Below the pieces are notes generated by a model. That model was not told the origin of the DNA, did no database searches, and was given only the letters and a program-made list of their open reading frames with translations. The translations under genes were made by a program, and so were the position numbers. From Deltaproteobacteria bacterium (GTDB lineage Bacteria > Desulfobacterota > GWC2-55-46 > DRQE01), in the NCBI GenBank assembly GCA_023134165.1, contig JAGLUZ010000017.1, positions 1-42,407 on the forward strand: DNA of 42,407 bases, read 5' to 3'. Positions 37,491 through 42,407 of this stretch are shown here, one piece after another; position 1 is the stretch's first letter; each line of letters opens with the position of its first letter.

Positions 37491-38759
37491 TTAGATACCA
37501 AGGTTCTTGGCAACCTGCTTTGTGCCTTCCTTAGCCATCCACTTATCAACTGCGAGGGCGTAGTTGACGACCTCACTCATTGCACTGTCGTGGCCAAAGA
37601 TACGGAAAGGTAGCTTTAGTTGCTCAAGTGTTTCCTTCATGTAGCTCATTCCGCGAATAAGGTTTGGCCCGCCTCTGCCTACTACGACAAAAAGTGGGGT
37701 TGGTCCGTGTGTGCGAAAGTGATCTCTAAGGGCATCAGCCATGGCACGAAAGGTCTCATAAATATCTGTATTATTGGCCTTTCCTCCAATAATAAAGAGT
37801 ACATTTGACTGCTCTAACCAGTACTTAAAGACTATTCTTGAGATATCATGCATCTTTGCATACGGAGGGTTTCCTCCAAAGTCAGAGCTAATTGTTGCCC
37901 TCTCGCCAAGAAGTTCAGTTACGAGTGCATTTGCTCCTCCTCCAAATGTAGGAACAGTAATTGTACCCTTCTCATTCATAACAAAGACATCACTTTGCCC
38001 TTGATATGTGCGAAGTTGGTTAATCTCCTGCTCAAACTCGGAATAATCAGAGGCAAAGAGATGAGCTGGCATATCAAGACGCTCCCAAGCTGGGTCATCT
38101 TGATCAAAAGAACCCTTAAAATCACAAGCAATAGGCATGAGACGCCCTTTCTTGTTTTTATACATCCTAATTGGGTTAAGCTCTAGCATATTCATGCCGT
38201 AATTATTGTAAAGTGTCCAAAGTTTTGGAAGGTTTTGCACAAGCGGGCTAATTAGCTCACTTGGTGCTCCTAGCTCTTCTAAGGCATTTGAGACGTGAAA
38301 ACTCTTAAGCCCTGTAAGAGGATCAAAAGGAACTTCCTTTATCTTCTCTGGTGGTAGCTCCTCAATATCAACGCCACCATGGTGGGTGATTGTCATTGTA
38401 GGGGCGCGAAAAACAGTAGACTCAGAGAGAGAGAAGTAAACCTCGTGCTCTGCTGGTACGCCACCCTCAAAGGTCACGCCGTCTGCCTTGGAGGTTATAT
38501 TGCCAAAGACATGCTCAGCAAAATAAAGCCTCTCCTTCTCTTTTAGAGCTGTAGTTATATCAGAGGCTCTGCCAATGAGTCCGCTCTTGCCTTTTTTTCC
38601 AACTCCGCCCTTAAAAACAGGCTTGATAAAGACCTGACCTGCTTTCTTGATTAGAGCTTTAATCTCATCAACGGTTGCCTCAGGCCCAAGAACATCGGCC
38701 ACGGGGTAGCCTACTTTCTTTAATAGTTTTTGACCCCATAAAAGTCCCGTAAGTTGCAT
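37491..38759 (-). CDS. aclB: ATP-citrate lyase beta-like subunit (SucC-like ATP-grasp)
   Basis: ATP-grasp similarity to succinyl-CoA synthetase beta (VFIKPVFKGGVGKKGKSGLI, MLELNPI); 422 aa; adjacent to the alpha-like subunit. Confidence 0.7.
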   Translation of the reverse strand: MQLTGLLWGQKLLKKVGYPVADVLGPEATVDEIKALIKKAGQVFIKPVFKGGVGKKGKSGLIGRASDITTALKEKERLYFAEHVFGNITSKADGVTFEGGVPAEHEVYFSLSESTVFRAPTMTITHHGGVDIEELPPEKIKEVPFDPLTGLKSFHVSNALEELGAPSELISPLVQNLPKLWTLYNNYGMNMLELNPIRMYKNKKGRLMPIACDFKGSFDQDDPAWERLDMPAHLFASDYSEFEQEINQLRTYQGQSDVFVMNEKGTITVPTFGGGANALVTELLGERATISSDFGGNPPYAKMHDISRIVFKYWLEQSNVLFIIGGKANNTDIYETFRAMADALRDHFRTHGPTPLFVVVGRGGPNLIRGMSYMKETLEQLKLPFRIFGHDSAMSEVVNYALAVDKWMAKEGTKQVAKNLGI

Positions 38760-38823
38760 CTCTTACCTCCGGTAGAATATTTATCAATTAAAATCACTGG
38801 TTATATAAAAAACTTAATACTTA

Positions 38824-38858
38824 TCTGCTGACCGCAGGTCTCTGCTGACCAGCAGGTC
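38824..38858. repeat. tandem 17/18-nt repeat, each unit a small hairpin
   Basis: TCTGCTGACCGCAGGTC then TCTGCTGACCAGCAGGTC. On the - strand this gives CTGCTG-gt-CAGCAG just after the icd stop, a possible terminator or REP-like element. Confidence 0.55.
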
Positions 38859-38879
38859 TTTGCCGTGTGCCAGCACCTC

Positions 38880-41180
<2,301 letters not shown>

Positions 41181-41343
41181 TCAAATTTTGTAGCGTTTGT
41201 CAAGCAACTCCGTGCCCTGAAAATGCAAATATTTTCGGGGTAAAAAATAAGCACATCTTGGTAAAAAAACAAGCATAAATTTGTGCAGTTTTTCTAGAGA
41301 TTTTGCTCTCTCTTTTCATCCAAAAAAAGTAAAAATAAAAAAA

Positions 41344-41373
41344 GGGAAGTCGCCTTTTTTCAGACAACTTCCC
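41344..41373 (-). terminator. intrinsic terminator (hairpin flanked by T/A runs on both strands)
   Basis: GGGAAGT (41344-41350) pairs with ACTTCCC (41367-41373); the - strand reads the hairpin followed by a T-run. Confidence 0.6.
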
Positions 41374-41400
41374 CGTTTTTTTTGAATATAAAAAAATCCT

Positions 41401-42303
41401 TTATTTTTCTAGAGCATTCTTTGCTGAAATTCTATTTGCACAATTTGCAAGTGAAACAGAATAGAAAGGTTTTGACCCTAAGGTTAGAGCCTTACTATAA
41501 AGGGTCTTTGCCTTTTTAAGATCCCCCATCCCCTCAGTTACAACCGCTAGGTTGTAAACAACATCAGAGCGAGCTGGTGCTCTCTCCATCCAACTCGATA
41601 GTGAACTTGCGGCCTCAGCATATGCGCCCTTTACAATTAACTCTACAGTTGGCTTCATATCTTCAGCCTCATCATCAAGTTTAACCTGCTGGCGAACAAA
41701 TGTTGGGGTGATGTCTTTTAGAAAATTCCCAAGTGCATTTGAAAGTGCGGCTACCTTTGCCATCTGCCTTAGGTCGCCTGTAGATTTATCAATTGTAGAG
41801 ATACCATTATACTCTCTCTCAGCAATATGAGCACGCCCTTTTGCATCAACTGTTGTAATCCCTATAACGGCAGAACCTTTGTAGATTGTCTTTCGTACTT
41901 TTTGAGTGATGTAGTCCTTACCAACCTTGACACTTTTATTTACCATCTTAGATCCTCTCTCAGCATTCCACTCAAATATCTCTACCTTAATAAAGACCTC
42001 ACCCTTTACAGGGGCAATAGGTTCTGACTTTGCATTATCACCAAGAAGTTTGATGGTAATACCTTTATCTAGTTTGTCACTGTACTGCCACCAATTGGTA
42101 CCTCTAGCTAGTTTAGAAAGCTCTGACTGTGCCTCTTCTTTTATGCTTCTTCTGCCAGTCATCTCAGCAAGTACGAGTTGTTTTGAAGAACCAAAGTTGT
42201 ATACCGAAGGTACAGGCATCACAAGTGTTATTGAGGAACCACACCCAGCTACTAGGGCTAGTGCAAAAACAGCCAATACAAAATTTCTTATCTTTAATCT
42301 CAT
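41401..42303 (-). CDS. lipoprotein with C-terminal TPR-like helices, unknown function
   Basis: ATG at 42303 behind GGAGGA gives MRLKIRNFVLAVFALALVAG-C lipobox. The C-terminus reads DVVYNLAVVTEGMGDLKKAKTLYSKAL. Confidence 0.55.
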   Translation of the reverse strand: MRLKIRNFVLAVFALALVAGCGSSITLVMPVPSVYNFGSSKQLVLAEMTGRRSIKEEAQSELSKLARGTNWWQYSDKLDKGITIKLLGDNAKSEPIAPVKGEVFIKVEIFEWNAERGSKMVNKSVKVGKDYITQKVRKTIYKGSAVIGITTVDAKGRAHIAEREYNGISTIDKSTGDLRQMAKVAALSNALGNFLKDITPTFVRQQVKLDDEAEDMKPTVELIVKGAYAEAASSLSSWMERAPARSDVVYNLAVVTEGMGDLKKAKTLYSKALTLGSKPFYSVSLANCANRISAKNALEK

Positions 42304-42407
42304 CAAAATCCTCCAGTTTTTTTTTTTATTTTTTTCTTTAATTTTTTCTATAAATTTCAATTATTTAGAGAATTTTAGAGCGGAGTAATTTTTGGAAAAG
42401 ATTAGAT

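Overview
AT-rich chromosomal window from a Gram-negative bacterium, taxon not determinable from sequence alone; it is mostly core genome. Left half, almost all on the + strand: a sulfate-assimilation operon (DASS-family permease, USP, cysC, Fe-S type cysH, sat), a beta-barrel OMP, a soluble REC-histidine kinase, nadB (-), a lytic transglycosylase and pgsA. These are followed by a 5.6-kb tandem array of four paralogous ankyrin-repeat lipoproteins, tRNA-Arg(CCT), a promoter-to-terminator sRNA candidate and a small TPR protein. At 17344-17371 lies a near-consensus 28-bp dif site. From there every gene is on the - strand: xerD, glnD, an AMIN-amidase, mutS, GH57, a BamB-like lipoprotein, a PHP hydrolase, a REC-DUF4388 protein, a degenerate GGDEF-like protein, a BFN nuclease, miaB, a SPOR protein, an ATP-citrate-lyase-like pair with an unusually long alpha subunit, monomeric isocitrate dehydrogenase and a TPR lipoprotein. 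The window therefore appears to span the replication terminus. The most unusual content is the ankyrin lipoprotein array. Three of its four members end in an identical-length 168-aa module (4 Cys, MORN-like glycine pattern, coiled coil, NTYRAP, Gly-rich linker, amphipathic ...MLFDxLF terminus) that I cannot assign to any described family. No CRISPR array, IS element, prophage or recognisable defence system was seen.
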